Shown one piece after another: positions 48,201 to 60,905 of a stretch of 64,000 nucleotides of DNA. The first letter of the stretch is position 1. Each line of letters opens with the position of its first letter. The position numbers were made by a program, and so were the translations under genes. The DNA lies in contig CATNEN010000029.1 of NCBI GenBank assembly GCA_950097015.1, positions 1,612,001-1,676,000 on the forward strand, written 5' to 3'. Below the pieces are notes generated by a model, which was given only the letters and a program-made list of their open reading frames with translations, was not told where the DNA came from and ran no database searches. This DNA comes from Macrostomum hystrix (Eukaryota > Animalia > Platyhelminthes).

Positions 48201-49460
48201 ACACCTAACTCGCTCAACATCTACGTCACTCTACACCTAACTCGCTCAACATCTACGTCACTCTACACCCACCTCACTCCACACCTAATTCGCTTAACAT
48301 CTACGTCACTCTACACCCACCTCACTCCACACCAACTTCCCTCCACACCTAACTCGCTCAACATCTACGTCACTCCACACCTAACTCGCTTAACATCTAC
48401 GTCACTCTACACCCACCTCACTCCACACCAACTTCCCTCCACACCTAACTCGCTCAACATCTACGTCACTCTACACCTAACTCGCTCAACATCTACGTCA
48501 CTCTACACCTAACTCGCTCAACATCTACGTCACTCTACACCCACCTCACTCCACACCTAATTCGCTTAACATCTACGTCACTCTACACCCACCTCACTCC
48601 ACACCAACTTCCCTCCACACCTAACTCGCTCAACATCTACGTCACTCTACACCTAACTCGCTCAACATCTACGTCACTCTACACCTAACTCGCTCAACAT
48701 CCACGTCACTCTACACCCACCTCACTCCACACCAACTTCCCTCCACACCTAACTCGCTCAACATCTACGTCACTCTACACCTAACTCGCTCAACATCCAC
48801 GTCACTCTACACCCACCTCACTCCACACCAACCTCACTCCACATCCACCTCACTCCACACCTAACTCGCTCAACATCTACGTCACTCTAAACCCACCTCA
48901 ATTCACACCAACCTCACTCCACACCTACCTCACTCCACATCCACCTCACTCCACACCTAACTCGCTCAACATCTACGTCACTCTACACCCACCTCACTTC
49001 ACACCAACCTCACTCCACACCTAACTCGCTCAACATCTACGTCACACACACCCACCTCACTCCACACCCAATCCCGCTGCATCTCCGCTCACGTCTGTCC
49101 GCAGTGGCAGGTGAGCGGCAGAATAGTCTCCACTGAGTAGACAGCCTCGCGCAATCGGTAGTGCTCCAAGCAGGCTGGGCAGTACACGTCCGATGCCGTC
49201 TTGCGTACAACCAGCAAGGCCTGGCAGCGGCAGCGCATGTAGCGAGTGCTTGGCAGAGGCGCCTTCAATGGCGTGACATAGTGGCACTCCGAGCAGCGAT
49301 AGAAGGGCTCGCAGGAGGTGTTGACCAAGCCAGGCGAGCCACAGCGCAGGCAGACGACATTGTCCCGCTTGTAATCGTAGAGATCTCGCAGTGCCTCTAG
49401 AAGCTGTTCGGGTGGCTGCTGAATTGCTAGATTGTCGTAATAGAGTTTGATTTTGTCCAT
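45223..49460 (-). CDS. TMEM55: Divergent TMEM55/PIP4P-family protein, 414 aa; exons (minus) 49460-49093, 47586-47251, 46296-46197, 45663-45223
   Basis: [36 protein letters not shown] aligns with TMEM55 [33 protein letters not shown]; then CHCGQT, CPRC and two TM helices. Junctions AC|gtgagc..ttag|G, GA|gtgaga..acag|G and CTG|gtgaga..ccag|GGC all keep frame. Exons 3-4 rest on splice-phase logic only. Confidence 0.75.
45668..46188. repeat. Perfect 16-bp repeat, about 32 copies, making up almost all of TMEM55-like intron 3
   Basis: GAGGGAATGGCACAGT with no internal variants seen. Confidence 0.97.
46555..47195. repeat. 28-bp palindrome-containing minisatellite, about 23 copies, in TMEM55-like intron 2
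   Basis: AATGTACCTAGATCACGTGATCAGTTTA with core palindrome GATCACGTGATC. Confidence 0.95.
47675..49065. repeat. Composite CA-rich minisatellite filling TMEM55-like intron 1
   Basis: Modules CACCTAACTCGCTCAACATCTACGTCACTCTA and CACCCACCTCACTCCA. Confidence 0.9.
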
Positions 49461-49629
49461 GGCCCGAGAATAAAGTCTTTCAAAATGAATATTTATTTCG
49501 TTCTTTACAAAAAACTAATTTACATTTTGTCTATGGCCAAAATTATGCGACTGAGCTGGCTAATTAACCTTAATCTCAATCCAAAAATTGCACCGCTTTA
49601 TGTCTAGTAAGATTCCCCAACCCTGGATT

Positions 49630-52600
49630 GCTCCTCCATACTAAATAACCTTCTCTTGTATGACCTTCTGTTCTCTGACCTTCTCTTGTATGACCTTCTC
49701 TTCTCTGACCTTCTCTTCTCTGACCTTCTGTTCTCTGACCTTCTCTTGTATGACCTTCTGTTCTCTGACCTTCTCTTGTATGACCTTCTGTTCTCTGACC
49801 TTCTCTTGTATGACCTTCTGTTCTCTGACCTTCTCTTGTATGACCTTCTGTTCTCTGACCTTCTCTTGTATGACCTTCTGTTCTCTGACCTTCTCTTGTA
49901 TGACCTTCTGTTCTCTGACCTTCTCTTCTCTGACCTTCTCTTCTCTGACCTTCTCTTCTCTGACCTTCTCTGAACTTCTCTTCTCTGACCTTCTCTTCTC
50001 TGACCTTCTCTTCTCTGACCTTCTCTTGTATGACCTTCTCTTCTCTGACCTTCTCTGACCTTCTCTTCTCTGACCTTCTCTTCTCTGACCTTCTCTTCTC
50101 TGACCTTCTCTTCTCTGACCTTCTCTGACCTTCTCTTCTCTGACCTTCTCTTCTCTGACCTTCTCTTCTCTGACCTTCTCTGACCTTCTCTTCTCTGACC
50201 TTCTCTTCTCTGACCTTCTCTTGTATGACCTTCTCTTCTCTGACCTTCTCTGACCTTCTCTTCTCTGACCTTCTCTTCTCTGACCTTCTCTTCTCTGACC
50301 TTCTCTTCTCTGACCTTCTCTGACCTTCTCTTCTCTGACCTTCTCTTCTCTGACCTTCTCTTCTCTGACCTTCTCTTGTATGACCTTCTCTTCTCTGACC
50401 TTCTCTTCTCTGGCCTTCTCTGAACTTCTCTTCTCTGACCTTCTCTTCTCTGACCTTCTCTTCTCTGGCCTTCTCTGAACTTCTCTTCTCTGACCTTCTC
50501 TTCTCTGACCGTCTCTTCTCTGACCTTCTCTTCTCTGACCTTCTCTTGTATGACCTTCTCTTCTCTGACCTTCTCTTCTCTGACCTTCTCTTCTCTGACC
50601 TTCTCTTCTCTGACCTTCTCTTGTATGACCTTCTCTTCTCTGACCTTCTCTTCTCTGGCCTTCTCTGAACTTCTCTTCTCTGACCTTCTCTTCTCTGACC
50701 TTCTCTTCTCTGGCCTTCTCTGAACTTCTCTTCTCTGACCTTCTCTTCTCTGACCGTCTCTTCTCTGACCTTCTCTTGTATGACCTTCTCTTCTCTGACC
50801 TTCTCTTGTATGACCTTCTCTTCTCTGAACTTCTCTTCTCTGACCTTCTCTGACCTTCTCTTCTCTGACCTTCTCTTCTCTGACCTTCTCTTCTCTGACC
50901 TTCTCTTGTATGACCTTCTCTTCTCTGACCTTCTCTGACCTTCTCTTCTCTGACCTTCTCTTCTCTGACCTTCTCTTCTCTGACCTTCTCTTCTCTGACC
51001 TTCTCTGACCTTCTCTTCTCTGACCTTCTCTTCTCTGACCTTCTCTTCTCTGACCTTCTCTTGTATGACCTTCTCTTCTCTGACCTTCTCTTCTCTGGCC
51101 ATCTCTGAACTTCTCTTCTCTGACCTTCTCTTCTCTGACCTTCTCTTCTCTGGCCTTCTCTGAACTTCTCTTCTCTGACCTTCTCTTCTCTGACCGTCTC
51201 TTCTCTGACCTTCTCTTCTCTGACCTTCTCTTGTATGACCTTCTCTTCTCTGACCTTCTCTTCTCTGACCTTCTCTTCTCTGACCTTCTCTTCTCTGACC
51301 TTCTCTTGTATGACCTTCTCTTCTCTGACCTTCTCTTCTCTGGCCTTCTCTGAACTTCTCTTCTCTGACCTTCTCTTCTCTGACCTTCTCTTCTCTGGCC
51401 TTCTCTGAACTTCTCTTCTCTGACCTTCTCTTGTATGACCTTCTCTTCTCTGACCTTCTCTTCTCTGACCTTCTCTTCTCTGACCTTCTCTGACCTTCTC
51501 TTCTCTGACCTTCTCTTCTCTGACCTTCTCTTCTCTGACCTTCTCTTCTCTGACCTTCTCTGACCTTCTCTTCTCTGACCTTCTCTTCTCTGACCTTCTC
51601 TGACCTTCTCTTCTCTGACCTTCTGTTCTCTGACCTTCTCTTCTCTGACCTTCTCTTCTCTGACCTTCTCTTCTCTGGCCTTCTCTGACCTTCTCTTCTC
51701 TGACCTTCTCTTCTCTGAACTTCTCTTCTCTGACCTTCTCTTCTCTGACCTTCTCTTGTATGACCTTCTCTTCTCTGACCTTCTCTTCTCTGACCTTCTC
51801 TTCTCTGACCTTCTCTGACCTTCTCTTCTCTGACCTTCTCTTCTCTGACCTTCTCTTCTCTGACCTTCTCTTGTATGAACTTCTCTTCTCTGACCTTCTC
51901 TTCTCTGACCTTCTCTTCTCTGGCCTTCTCTGAACTTCTCTTCTCTGACCTTCTCTTCTCTGACCGTCTCTTCTCTGACCTTCTCTTCTCTGACCTTCTC
52001 TTGTATGACCTTCTCTTCTCTGACCTTCTCTTCTCTGACCTTCTCTTCTCTGACCTTCTCTTCTCTGACCTTCTCTTGTATGACCTTCTCTTCTCTGACC
52101 TTCTCTTCTCTGGCCTTCTCTGAACTTCTCTTCTCTGACCTTCTCTTCTCTGACCTTCTCTTCTCTGGCCTTCTCTGAACTTCTCTTCTCTGACCTTCTC
52201 TTGTATGACCTTCTCTTCTCTGACCTTCTCTTCTCTGACCTTCTCTTCTCTGACCTTCTCTGACCTTCTCTTCTCTGACCTTCTCTTCTCTGACCTTCTC
52301 TGACCTTCTCTTCTCTGACCTTCTCTTCTCTGACCTTCTCTGACCTTCTCTTCTCTGACCTTCTGTTCTCTGACCTTCTCTTCTCTGACCTTCTCTTCTC
52401 TGACCTTCTCTTCTCTGGCCTTCTCTGACCTTCTCTTCTCTGACCTTCTCTTCTCTGAACTTCTCTTCTCTGACCTTCTCTTCTCTGACCTTCTCTTGTA
52501 TGACCTTCTCTTCTCTGACCTTCTCTTCTCTGACCTTCTCTTCTCTGACCTTCTCTGACCTTCTCTTCTCTGACCTTCTCTTCTCTGACCTTCTCTTCTC

Positions 52601-54365
52601 TGACCTTCTCTTGTATGAACTTCTCTTCTCTGACCTTCTCTTCTCTGACCTTCTCTTCTCTGGCCTTCTCTGAACTTCTCTTCTCTGACCTTCTCTTCTC
52701 TGACCGTCTCTTCTCTGACCTTCTCTTCTCTGACCTTCTCTTCTCTGGCCTTCTCTTGTATGACCTTCTCTTCTCTGACCTTCTCTTCTCTGACCTTCTC
52801 TTCTCTGACCTTCTCTTCTCTGACCTTCTCTTGTATGACCTTCTCTTCTCTGACCTTCTCTTCTCTGGCCTTCTCTGAACTTCTCTTCTCTGACCTTCTC
52901 TTCTCTGACCTTCTCTTCTCTGGCCTTCTCTGAACTTCTCTTCTCTGACCTTCTCTTGTATGACCTTCTCTTCTCTGACCTTCTCTTCTCTGACCTTCTC
53001 TTCTCTGACCTTCTCTGACCTTCTCTTCTCTGACCTTCTCTTCTCTGACCTTCTCTTCTCTGACCTTCTCTTCTCTGACCTTCTCTGACCTTCTCTTCTC
53101 TGACCTTCTCTTCTCTGACCTTCTCTGACCTTCTCTTCTCTGACCTTCTGTTCTCTGACCTTCTCTTCTCTGACCTTCTCTTCTCTGACCTTCTCTTCTC
53201 TGGCCTTCTCTGACCTTCTCTTCTCTGACCTTCTCTTCTCTGAACTTCTCTTCTCTGACCTTCTCTTCTCTGACCGTCTCTTCTCTGACCTTCTCTTCTC
53301 TGACCTTCTCTTGTATGACCTTCTCTTCTCTGACCTTCTCTTCTCTGACCTTCTCTTCTCTGACCTTCTCTTCTCTGACCTTCTCTTGTATGACCTTCTC
53401 TTCTCTGACCTTCTCTTCTCTGGCCTTCTCTGAACTTCTCTTCTCTGACCTTCTCTTCTCTGACCTTCTCTTCTCTGGCCTTCTCTGAACTTCTCTTCTC
53501 TGACCTTCTCTTGTATGACCTTCTCTTCTCTGACCTTCTCTTCTCTGACCTTCTCTTCTCTGACCTTCTCTGACCTTCTCTTCTCTGACCTTCTCTTCTC
53601 TGACCTTCTCTTCTCTGACCTTCTCTTCTCTGACCTTCTCTGACCTTCTCTTCTCTGACCTTCTCTTCTCTGACCTTCTCTGACCTTCTCTTCTCTGACC
53701 TTCTGTTCTCTGACCTTCTCTTCTCTGACCTTCTCTTCTCTGACCTTCTCTTCTCTGGCCTTCTCTGACCTTCTCTTCTCTGACCTTCTCTTCTCTGAAC
53801 TTCTCTTCTCTGACCTTCTCTTCTCTGACCTTCTCTTGTATGACCTTCTCTTCTCTGACCTTCTCTTCTCTGACCTTCTCTTCTCTGACCTTCTCTGACC
53901 TTCTCTTCTCTGACCTTCTCTTCTCTGACCTTCTCTTCTCTGACCTTCTCTTCTCTGACCTTCTCTGACCTTCTCTTCTCTGACCTTCTCTTCTCTGACC
54001 TTCTCTGACCTTCTCTTCTCTGACCTTCTCTTCTCTGAACTTCTCTTCTCTGACCTTCTCTTCTCTGACCTTCTCTTCTCTGACCTTCTCTTGTATGACC
54101 TTCTCTTCTCTGACCTTCTCTTCTCTGACCTTCTCTGACCTTCTCTTCTCTGACCTTCTCTTCTCTGACCTTCTCTTCTCTGACCTTCTCTTCTCTGACC
54201 TTCTCTTCTCTGACCTTCTCTGACCTTCTCTTCTCTGACCTTCTCTTCTCTGACCTTCTCTTCTCTGACCTTCTCTTCTCTGACCTTCTCTGACCTTCTC
54301 TTCTCTGACCTTCTCTTCTCTGACCTTCTCTTCTATGACCTTCTCTTCTCTGACTTCTATGACCA
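49630..54365. repeat. 4.7-kb polypyrimidine/polypurine satellite of 10- and 15-bp units on a 5-nt grid
   Basis: (TCTCT)1-2 + GACCT with GGCCT, GAACT and TGTAT variants; higher-order duplication of about 740 bp. Confidence 0.97.
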
Positions 54366-55109
54366 CCGGCCTTTTCTATAATCAATGCAACAGACCATCT
54401 CCACTACGATCTACACAGCAGACAGTCTTTCCATATGACCAATACCACTGACCTTCTCTACCAGTATTAACATCTAAAGACCCTCTTACCTTTTAGATTT
54501 GCATAGAAAATGTGCATAGAAATTGCATATTGCTACTGCAAGTAGACCTATTGGAATTTTATTAATGTTTTTACCGGCGTCAATGCCTTTCGACTAAACT
54601 GTCAACAGAAATTCGATTTACTAGCAGTCCGTAGGGTGAATGGAACTGGATATTTCTAGTCTAGCCAAGATGAGGATTAAATCTGCAATGAAGATGCAAT
54701 AATTAAGGGAATCAAATTTGCGGCCTTGTAGTTAAAATGAAACACAAACAAATAACCCTGATTATTCAAACACTGTACATATTCTAAGCTAACAATTACT
54801 TGAATTGCTGGACATTACAGTGATTTATACACAATGTAGCAAAACTAAAAGGCCAATTGAACCTTTTAGCACGAGTTTTGTTTTGTTTATTACAGTTCCA
54901 TGCTTGGCTGCATATTGTAACAATTTTTGCAGCAGTTAATGTTAACAGTGACAAGTTCGGCTGTTCCTCTTCTTGTGTTGCTATGCAAATGATTGCCACT
55001 AAGTTTACCTAAGTCAACGATCTTAACTTCCTTATAGACTCAATTACAGAAGTAACCGATTGTCAGTATATTCCGTGCCTGTACAAGGCGTGCGAGCGTT
55101 AAACAAATT

Positions 55110-55525
55110 GGAATTTGATAGGGTGAGATTGGATAGTATCAGATTAGATATGATGAGACTAGATGGAATGAGATTTGATGGGATGAGATTAGATAGAATG
55201 GGATTAGATAGGGTGAGATTGGATGGTATGGGATTAGATAGGATGAGATTGGATAGAATGGGATTAGATAGGATGAGACAGTGTGGTATGGGATTAGATA
55301 GGGTGAGATTGGATAGAATGGGATTAGATAGGATGAGACAGTGTGGTATGGGATTAGATAGGATGAGATTGGATAGAATGGGATTAGATAGGATGAGACA
55401 GTGTGGTATGGGATTAGATAGGGTGAGATTGGATAGAATGGGATTAGATAGGATGAGACAGTTTGGTATGGGATTAGATAGGGTGAGATTGGATAGAATG
55501 GGATTAGATAGGATGAGATTAGATG
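55110..55525. repeat. 30-bp minisatellite
   Basis: GGATGAGATTGGATAGAATGGGATTAGATA. Confidence 0.9.
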
Positions 55526-56244
55526 GCCTGGCATTGATAGAATGAGATAGGATTTTCTGTAACATTGGACTCCAGAATTTCAGATTAGATCATAAAGAAC
55601 TGAATTTCAAAGTACATTTGAGAGCAGGGCAGGCACTCGGACCATAAATAAGCTCTGTCAGTTCTCAAATAGTACAGTAATATTGTTCAGCTAAGGCACA
55701 ATCCTACTGGATATTAATCCTGTATCAGACAGCGGGGCCCTAGCAAATGAGGTTATCACTCATTTGTTATAGTTATTCATCATTAATATGCATCACGCTA
55801 CACCCAAGTTGAAGTCTTTTTATCGTATACTTTATGAGCACTACTGTGGCATTATTAGACTAGCAGCTAGCCCTAAAAAAGAATGGTTGTAACACTGGCC
55901 AGCTATTACAGCGGAAAGGATCCGTCGGATGAGAATCCCGCCTCAAAACCAGATGCCAGATGTAATTAGACCAAAGGCTAGCTGGCACAGCTTTATAGAC
56001 CCAACAGAATACGGCCTCTTAAGGACAAGGGAATCTGAGAAACGAGCTAAATTAGGCTCAGGCAGCTTGTTTCCCCGATACCCCCCTCCTTGGTCAGGCC
56101 CCTGTCCGGATATTGAAGTCGCAGACAGCTCTTTGTGCAGCAGGGACCCACCGCTTTGAAGTAACAGATTGACTTACGCGCGACTCTTTGGCCTCATTGC
56201 TTTCTTCACGAAATTCAAGAATTTCCTGAAATCAGTCTCTAGAA

Positions 56245-56870
56245 GCAGTTCTTGCTTCGATTCCAGTAATAGTTCTTGCTTCGATTCCAGTAATAGTTAT
56301 TGCTTCGATTCCAGTAATGGTTATTGCTTCGATTCCAGTAATAGTTCTTGCTTCGATTCCAGTAATAGTTCTTGCTTCGATTCCAGTAATAGTTATTGCT
56401 TCGATTCCAGTAATAGTTCTTGCTTCGATTCCAGTAATGGTTATTGCTTCGATTCCAGTAATAGTTCTTGCTTCGATTCCAGTAATAGTTATTGCTTCGA
56501 TTCTAGTAATAGTTCTTGCTTCGATTCTAGTAATAGTTCTTGCTTCGATACCAGAAATAGTTCTTGTTTCGATTCCAGTTATGGTTCTTACTTCGATTCC
56601 AGTAATAGTTCTTGCTTCGATTCCAGTATTAGTTCTTGCTTCGATTCCAGTAATAGTTTTTGCTTCGGTTCTAGAAATAGTTCTTGCTCCGATTCTATTA
56701 ATAGTTCTTGCTTCGATACCAGTAATAGTTCTTGGTTCGATTCCAGTAATAGTTCTTGCTTCGATTCTAGTAATAGTTCTTGCTTCGATTCCAGTAAAAG
56801 TTCTTACTTCGATTCCAGCAAAAGTTCTTATTTCGATTCTAGTATTAGTTCTTGCTTCGGTTCTAGTTCG
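56245..56870. repeat. 24-bp minisatellite
   Basis: TTGCTTCGATTCCAGTAATAGTTC; 8-aa periodicity in the ORF track. Confidence 0.93.
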
Positions 56871-57450
56871 CTTCTAGCTTTAATTTTTGTTTCGACAATA
56901 TCTTTAATTCTCGCATTAATGATTTTCTTATATTCTTGCTTCGATTCTAGCTTCGATTCTTTGCTTCGATTCTACGAGTGTATCTTGGATTCTCGCGGTA
57001 AAACTCTAATAATCGGGCCATATCTTTTGCTGCGATTCTAGACTCTAGAATTGCATATCTAGCTAGAATAGAATAATGTTCTTAGCCTATCTACCTGATA
57101 GATGTCGGGCAGAGTTGCCAGACAGGTTAGAATTCCTCGCTGGTTAAAATTGAACAATTTTGCCGCGACCTCAGTGGGGTGCAGGGCTGCATTTCCAAAC
57201 TGGCCCGGCGGTTCCCGACTATGACGACAGCGGCCAGGTAAGCCAAGATGCTAATAGAATGCGTTTCCCACTTCATCCTGTCCTGCTAGATCCCATCCTA
57301 ATCAGCGGCAGGTGCGACAACTAACTGGAAGATTTTAACTGTAGCCTAGGGGAGAATAGGAAAACCAAATCCTTGGACTGCTGCAATTTCTCGAACAAAA
57401 ATCGAGATTAATTTATTAACAGGTGTGACTACCCTGACTTTCTCATCGTC

Positions 57451-57750
57451 AGGCGGTGTACACCGTCGCTAGACTCACGACTTGAAGGTCGTGGGTTCGA
57501 TTCCTGACTCCACTGGAACAATTTGTGTCCTTTAGCAAGCCACTTAACTCTGCATTGCTTCAGTTCACCCAGCTGTTAAATTGAGGGTGGGTGTGGCGTC
57601 TCCCCAGTCCATGGACTGAACAGCCGTGCCCGGCCTTCAGATTCAATAGCTGCGGCTGTGCTGTCGGCTGCGCATCTGCCCCAAGGTGTAATCATTTAAT
57701 ATTGTTATTATTATTATTATAATTATTATTATTATTATTATTATTATTAT
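57451..57750 (+). mobile_element. Near full-length tRNA-derived SINE with (TTA)n tail
   Basis: tRNA-like head with B box GGTTCGATTCC (57494-57504), body TGTGTCCTTTAGCAAGCCACTTAAC...CACCCAGCTG, ATT-repeat tail at about 57700-57750; related copies at 16360-16477 and 17190-17270. Confidence 0.85.
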
Positions 57751-58514
57751 GGGCTAAGATTCGCATGTCAGAGGTTTTTTTCACTACACGAGTTGAATCT
57801 CGCGTTTGTCTCTTAGAATAGTTGTGTACTCTTATATCGATGGTATGAAAGTACAAAATTAGAGTGGAAATTGTCTGGCACCACAAAAGCAGACTTTTAG
57901 ATGAAACTTTTGAATTGTTTCTAAGCTTCTCATCTTGCTGCGTAAACTGTAAAGCAGTTTCTAAAAGGTTCTAAAGTTTTATAAAAGGACTTTTTTTCTC
58001 CAATTTCAGAATAGATTCGGTGTGGGCCAATTTTCTTACTATTTCACTCCTTCGATGCCTCAAACACACCCTGTCACTCTCTTGAAACTCAGCCTTCCAT
58101 TGAGTAAACAAGCTCACTATTCTACTACTATTTCACGCCCTTCTGCTTTTTTTAAACCGGAGATTCAAAACTGTTCTCAGCCACGGATGAGTTGCAGGTG
58201 AGTAGGGAAGAATATAGTTGCCGGCGTAATTTTAGTTGTCAACAGGCGTGCCTTCGGCGCGTTTGGACAAAACGCACACAAACTCGCGTTTCCCTACTTC
58301 CCAAATCTGAGGTAACTGTACTCTAATCTCGGCTCTATGGGATGACACCGGAGGCGGAGTCAATCAGGCTTTGAGGGAATAGGGAAGAAATTAATGGTAG
58401 CCAAGGCGACGCAAATTCCATAGTTAGTCACGATCGGGGTATTGTTGTAAGCCGCATGTGGCCAATAATAGCTCTTCTGTGTCTCTGCGTTTTCGCATTG
58501 TCCTTTTATGGGAC

Positions 58515-59745
58515 TGTCAATTATCTACTGCCAGTCAATTATCTACTGCCAGTCAATTATCTACTACCAGTCAATTATCTACTGCCAGTCAATTATCTAC
58601 TGCCAGTCAATTATCTACTGACAGTCAATTATCTACTGACACGCAATTATCTACTGCCAGTCAATTATCTACTGCCAGTCAATTATCTACTGACAGGCAA
58701 TTATCTACTGCCAGTCAATTATCTACGACCAGTCAATTATCTACTGACAGTCAATTATCTACTGACACGCAATTATCTACTGCCAGTCAATTATCTACGA
58801 CCAGTCAATTATCTACTGACAGTCAATTATCTACTACCAGTCAATTATCTACTGACAGGCAATTATCTACTGCCAGTCAATTATCTACGACCAGTCAATT
58901 ATCTACTGCCAGTCAATTATCTACTGACAGTCAATTATCTACTGCCAGTCAATTATCTACTGACAGTCAATTATCTACTGCCAGTCAATTATCTACTGCC
59001 AGTCAATTATCTACTGCCAGTCAATTATCTACTGACAGTCAATTATCTACTGCCAGTCAATTATCTACTGCCAGTCAATTATCTACTGCCAGTCAATTAT
59101 CTACTGCCAGTCAATTATCTACTGCCAGTCAATTATCTACTGCCAGTCAATTATCTACTGCCAGTCAATTATCTACTGCCAGTCAATTATCTACTGACAG
59201 TCAATTATCTACTGACACGCAATTATCTACTGCCAGTCAATTATCTACGACCAGTCAATTATCTACTGACAGTCAATTATCTACTACCAGTCAATTATCT
59301 ACTGACAGTCAATTATCTACTGCCAGTCAATTATCTACTGACAGTCAATTATCTACTGCCAGTCAATTATCTACTGACAGTCAATTATCTACTACCAGTC
59401 AATTATCTACTGACAGTCAATTATCTACTACCAGTCAATTATCTACTGACAGGCAATTATCTACTGCCAGTCAATTATCTACGACCAGTCAATTATCTAC
59501 TGCCAGTCAATTATCTACTGACAGTCAATTATCTACTGCCAGTCAATTATCTACTGACAGTCAATTATCTACTGCCAGTCAATTATCTACTGCCAGTCAA
59601 TTATCTACTGCCAGTCAATTATCTACTGACAGTCAATTATCTACTGACAGTCAATTGTCCACTGGCAGACAATTATCCATGGACAGTGAATCATATACTG
59701 ACATTCAGTTATCTACTGCCAGTCAATTATCTACTTACAGTCAGT
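58515..59745. repeat. 18-bp satellite, about 67 copies
   Basis: GTCAATTATCTACTGCCA and variants. Confidence 0.97.
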
Positions 59746-60279
59746 AATTTTCAGGCAATTTCTCTCTCAGGCATCGTCAAGTAGGACTGTGAAAGGCGCT
59801 CGGAAAAGTACAGCGAGACCATTCTCAACGCATTTGGTCACTGTCTAGAGGGATCAGTTGTAGTCAGTCAGCCAGCCGGCCGTTTCCGTTAGAAATCTAT
59901 TGAAATCTTCGTCAAAGAGAGGCTCAACCAATCGGAAACGGATATCAAGTAGACTAGACTAGTATTTCCTTCATAGCTGCTCAAATAGCTAGGCCGTCAA
60001 TGTAACCAGTAGACCGCGACACACAGCGGGGGTATTCCTAATCTCTGTCCAGCACGTTGTCACGATAACTGGCAGTTCCTCTACTCTAGGCCTACCCTTG
60101 GCATCTAATCCCGTCACTCATTCTTTGCTAAAGGATTTGATTGAAAACCGGTTTGAGAAAGCGTTGTCAAAGTCTTCACTAAGCAGTGCAGACTCGTTCA
60201 AAGGCCTAGCCTAGTCTCAGTGAAAAGAGAAAATAGAAGTTTAAGTAGACAAGTTGACATTATTGAGACAGCAGTAGAC

Positions 60280-60905
60280 AGCAATGAGACAGGTAGATAG
60301 ATATGAGACAGGTAGACAGATATGAGACAGGTAGACAGATATGAGACAGGTAGACAGATATGAGACAGGTAGACAGACTGGCATTGAGACAGGTAGACAG
60401 ATATGAGACAGGTAGACAGATATGAGACAGGTAGACAGATATGAGACAGGTAGACAGATATGAGACAGGTAGACAGATATGAGACAGGTAGACAGATATG
60501 AGACAGGTAGACAGATATGAGACAGGTAGACAGATATGAGACAGGTAGACAGATATGAGACAGGTAGACAGATATGAGACAGGTAGACAGACTGGCATTG
60601 AGACAGTTAGACAGATATGAGACAGGTAGGCAGACTGGCATTGAGACAGGTAGACAGATATGAGACAGGTAGACAGACTGGCATTGAGACAGGTAGACAG
60701 ATATGAGACAGGTAGACAGACTGGCATTGAGACAGGTAGACAGATATGAGACAGGTAGACAGACTGGCATTGAGACAGGTAGACAGATATGAGACAGGTA
60801 GACAGACAGCTATTGAGACAGGTAGACAGATATGAGACAGGTAGACAGACAGCTATTGAGACAGGTAGACAGATATGAGACAGGTAGACAGACAGCTATT
60901 GAGAC
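60280..60905. repeat. 19/24-bp minisatellite
   Basis: GAGACAGGTAGACAGATAT and GAGACAGGTAGACAGACTGGCATT. Confidence 0.95.

Noticed and set aside
49576-54385. Two ORFs of about 1595 aa (REEKV/RREGQ/KRRSE)
   Set aside because: By-products of a stop-free purine-rich repeat strand; open in more than one frame, with no domain content.
56169-57041. 290-aa CFDSSNSS-repeat ORF
   Set aside because: Translation of a 24-bp minisatellite; a second frame is also open.
57451-57520. tRNA gene
   Set aside because: Has a B box but no complete cloverleaf that I can fold, and it continues into a SINE body and tail.
58456-59784. 442-aa and 429-aa repetitive ORFs (PVNYLL / SQLSTA), the first with a signal-peptide-like start
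   Set aside because: Both overlapping frames are open because the 18-bp unit lacks stops; variants show no codon-position bias that I can see.
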